A DNA stretch of 64,000 nucleotides from the NCBI GenBank assembly GCA_023667185.1, contig JAMPAP010000002.1, forward strand, positions 150,978 through 214,977, written 5' to 3'. A program made the translations under genes and the position numbers. Numbering within the stretch: position 1 is the stretch's first letter; every line of letters begins with the position of its first letter. Under the pieces are notes generated by a model. The model was given only the letters and a program-made list of their open reading frames with translations, did not search any database and was not told where the DNA came from. Source of the stretch: Lachnoclostridium sp. Lineage in GTDB: Bacteria; Bacteroidota; Bacteroidia; Bacteroidales; Muribaculaceae. Shown piece by piece: positions 62,261 through 64,000 of this stretch.

Positions 62261-62751
62261 TGGTTTACTGGCTTATTATCAACGGACAACAGCAAGGGCC
62301 TCTGACTCTCAACGAGGTCCTTGCTCATCCGCTTCTTACGCCGGAGACCCCGGTGTGGCGCGAAGGCCTCGACGACTGGGCTACAGCTGAACTGTTTCCT
62401 GAATTTCAGGTGAGGTTTGTAGTTCCTACGGTTGAATCAGAGCCTGTAATTGTCGAGACTGAGGAGAAACCGGCTCAGCAGCCGCTCCCGGCCTGGTGGA
62501 CAGCTGACGACCGTGCCAGCCACAAGATGCCTCCCACTAATCTTACTTGGGCTATCATCGCCACAATCTGCTGCTGCCTCGTGACCGGCATCATCGCTAT
62601 CGTATATGCCTCGCAGGTGGCTCCGTGCTATTATCGAGGTGAATATGAGCGCGCCAACGATATGTCAGAGAAAGCTCTGATATGGGTGCTGGTGTCATTC
62701 GTGGCCGGACTGATTTTTACTCCCTTCTATCTCTTGTTCAGCTTGCTGTGA
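62260..62751 (+). CDS. GYF_2 (DUF4339)-domain plus CD225/dispanin-family membrane protein
   Basis: N-terminus WLIINGQQQGPLTLNEV...VWREGLDDWATA. C-terminus LTWAIIATICCCLVTGIIAIVYASQV...G.Y..A. Confidence 0.7.
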   Translation: MVYWLIINGQQQGPLTLNEVLAHPLLTPETPVWREGLDDWATAELFPEFQVRFVVPTVESEPVIVETEEKPAQQPLPAWWTADDRASHKMPPTNLTWAIIATICCCLVTGIIAIVYASQVAPCYYRGEYERANDMSEKALIWVLVSFVAGLIFTPFYLLFSLL

Positions 62752-63125
62752 TGCAGCTGTCACATAATCGCTTGATTTTACTCGTGCTGATGCTTGCCGC
62801 GGCAGTCATAGCCGTGGTGTATGCCCTGTTTGACCCTGCCGAGGTTGGTTTCTTCCCACGCTGTATGTTCAAGACTCTGACGGGGCTCGACTGCCCCGGA
62901 TGCGGATCACAGCGTGCCGTTCATGCCTTGCTCAATGGCGATTTTGCTGCAGCATGGCATTTCAACGCTCTCTTTTTATTAGAGATACCGCTACTCGCCC
63001 TTCTCGTGTTCACCGGACTGTTTCCGGGACGATTCCCCCGGCTCAACAGGCTGCTTGACTCGCAGGGTTTTATCCTTACGATATTGGCTGTAATAGTGGT
63101 ATTTACTATTCTACGAAATCTGTAA
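62751..63125 (+). CDS. DUF2752-like membrane protein
   Basis: FPRCMFKTLTGLDCPGCGSQRA motif. The start is revised to ATG 62751, which makes a TGATG overlap with the upstream gene. Confidence 0.68.
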   Translation: MQLSHNRLILLVLMLAAAVIAVVYALFDPAEVGFFPRCMFKTLTGLDCPGCGSQRAVHALLNGDFAAAWHFNALFLLEIPLLALLVFTGLFPGRFPRLNRLLDSQGFILTILAVIVVFTILRNL

Positions 63126-64000
63126 CCTCCTCAACTTCACGGCTGAAATAAGCCTTGACTTCGTCGCGAACCACTCCGCGCAGTTTCAGCAGCGTAAACA
63201 TTGTGGGGAAGGCCATGAATGCGTAAAACAGATCACACAGGCTGACGGCCACTCCCAGGGGTATTACGGCAAATACCACTAAGGTCAAGATGAAAAACCA
63301 TGTGTAATATTTTGCCTTGTCTTCGCCGAAGAGATATGCTGCACATCGTGTGCCGTAGAAAGAGTAGCTGAACATTGACGACATGGCGAAAAATGTCACC
63401 ACCATCATCAGCAGATATTTACCCATAGGTATTGCCGAGCCGAAGGCGTTGAGGGCTATCTCAAGACCTTTGATGTCAGGCGACGAGATGTCGCCACACA
63501 CGAGCAGGGCGAGAGCTGTCAGTGTGCAGACGAGTCCTGAGTCAATGCTCGGCCCCAACATTGCGATAAGTCCTTCACGCACAGGTGTATCATTGGCCGA
63601 TGAACCATGCATAATCGTGGCCGTGCCTACTCCGGCGTCATTGACAAGTGCAGCGCGCCGGGCGCCGATGATAGCTATTCCGGCTAAGGCTCCGATACCG
63701 GCTCTGAGGTTGAAAGCGCCGTGGAATATCGATGCTATTGCTCCCGGGATACGCCCGGGATTAGTGACAAGGATATATACCACCATAGCAAAATAGAGCG
63801 TGACCATCAGCGGCACAAGATATGACGCTACTGATGCTATGCGACGTATGCCACCGATTACCACCACCGCCACCACCGTGGCTATAGCCATGCCGCATAT
63901 CAGGCGGAGTGATAAGGCATTGTCAAGGCCTGTAATCATGGATACAGTAGATAGCGCTCTGCTTGCCGCTACTCCTTCCGGAGTGGAGAAAGTGGCTGTG
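63106..64000 (-). CDS. Alanine/glycine:cation symporter (AGCS) family transporter; N-terminal part outside the window
   Basis: It is polytopic, with GGIRRIASVASYLVPLM and GVGTATIMHGSS. The frame stays open upstream of Met 63939 to the window edge. Confidence 0.82.
   Translation of the reverse strand, partial: TATFSTPEGVAASRALSTVSMITGLDNALSLRLICGMAIATVVAVVVIGGIRRIASVASYLVPLMVTLYFAMVVYILVTNPGRIPGAIASIFHGAFNLRAGIGALAGIAIIGARRAALVNDAGVGTATIMHGSSANDTPVREGLIAMLGPSIDSGLVCTLTALALLVCGDISSPDIKGLEIALNAFGSAIPMGKYLLMMVVTFFAMSSMFSYSFYGTRCAAYLFGEDKAKYYTWFFILTLVVFAVIPLGVAVSLCDLFYAFMAFPTMFTLLKLRGVVRDEVKAYFSREVEEVTDFVE

Noticed and set aside
63106-63125. 20-nt convergent overlap between the DUF2752-like gene and the AGCS transporter gene.
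   Set aside because: Short 3'-3' overlaps are common and carry no obvious regulatory structure here.
1-64000. Search for tRNA, rRNA or tmRNA genes in the larger spacers (1069..1360, 6301..6564, 38375..38745, 46577..46917, 57711..57937).
   Set aside because: I found no cloverleaf-compatible sequence, no GGTTCGAAT-type T-arm and no rRNA-like stretch. tRNAscan/Infernal would be needed for certainty.

Overview
The window looks like a Bacteroidales chromosome segment. Support: ftsX-DUF3098-uppP-truB-queA and nadD-gmk-yicC synteny, TTTG/TAnnTTTG-type promoters, and an amylase with a T9SS-type C-terminal tail. I cannot assign a genus. Both flanks (1-6.3 kb and 41-64 kb) are ordinary housekeeping and glycan-utilisation genes. 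The centre (6565-38374) is a 20-gene, 31.8-kb cluster with every gene on the + strand and tight, partly overlapping junctions. It contains an SrfB-like actin/Hsp70-fold ATPase, an SrfC-like P-loop GTPase and a membrane-anchored S8 protease. It also has two paralogous TKxD GTPases, a vWA protein, and a membrane-tethered J-like/GrpE-like/Hsp70 set. The remainder comprises a kinase-like-AAA+ fusion, a TerB protein, a TIR-TM-Sel1 protein, and several secreted, lipoprotein, coiled-coil or TM proteins of no recognisable family. I do not recognise this combination as any named defence, secretion or motility system, and it is the main candidate for something new. Directly downstream is a short Rhs cassette. 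Its AT-rich C-terminal toxin tip is followed by two small membrane ORFs that are candidate immunity genes. Other points of note follow. A 57-61-nt palindromic repeat family has 4 copies, three of them in one intergenic region. prfB has a programmed +1 frameshift that the ORF track splits. A 3' remnant of a RayT/IS200-like transposase gene lies after rluB. The cluster has a sharp compositional mosaic and a tandem paralog pair with a collinear DNA-level repeat. No rRNA, tRNA, CRISPR array, integrase or phage structural gene was seen. All family calls come from motifs read by eye and from memory of those families; no searches were run.
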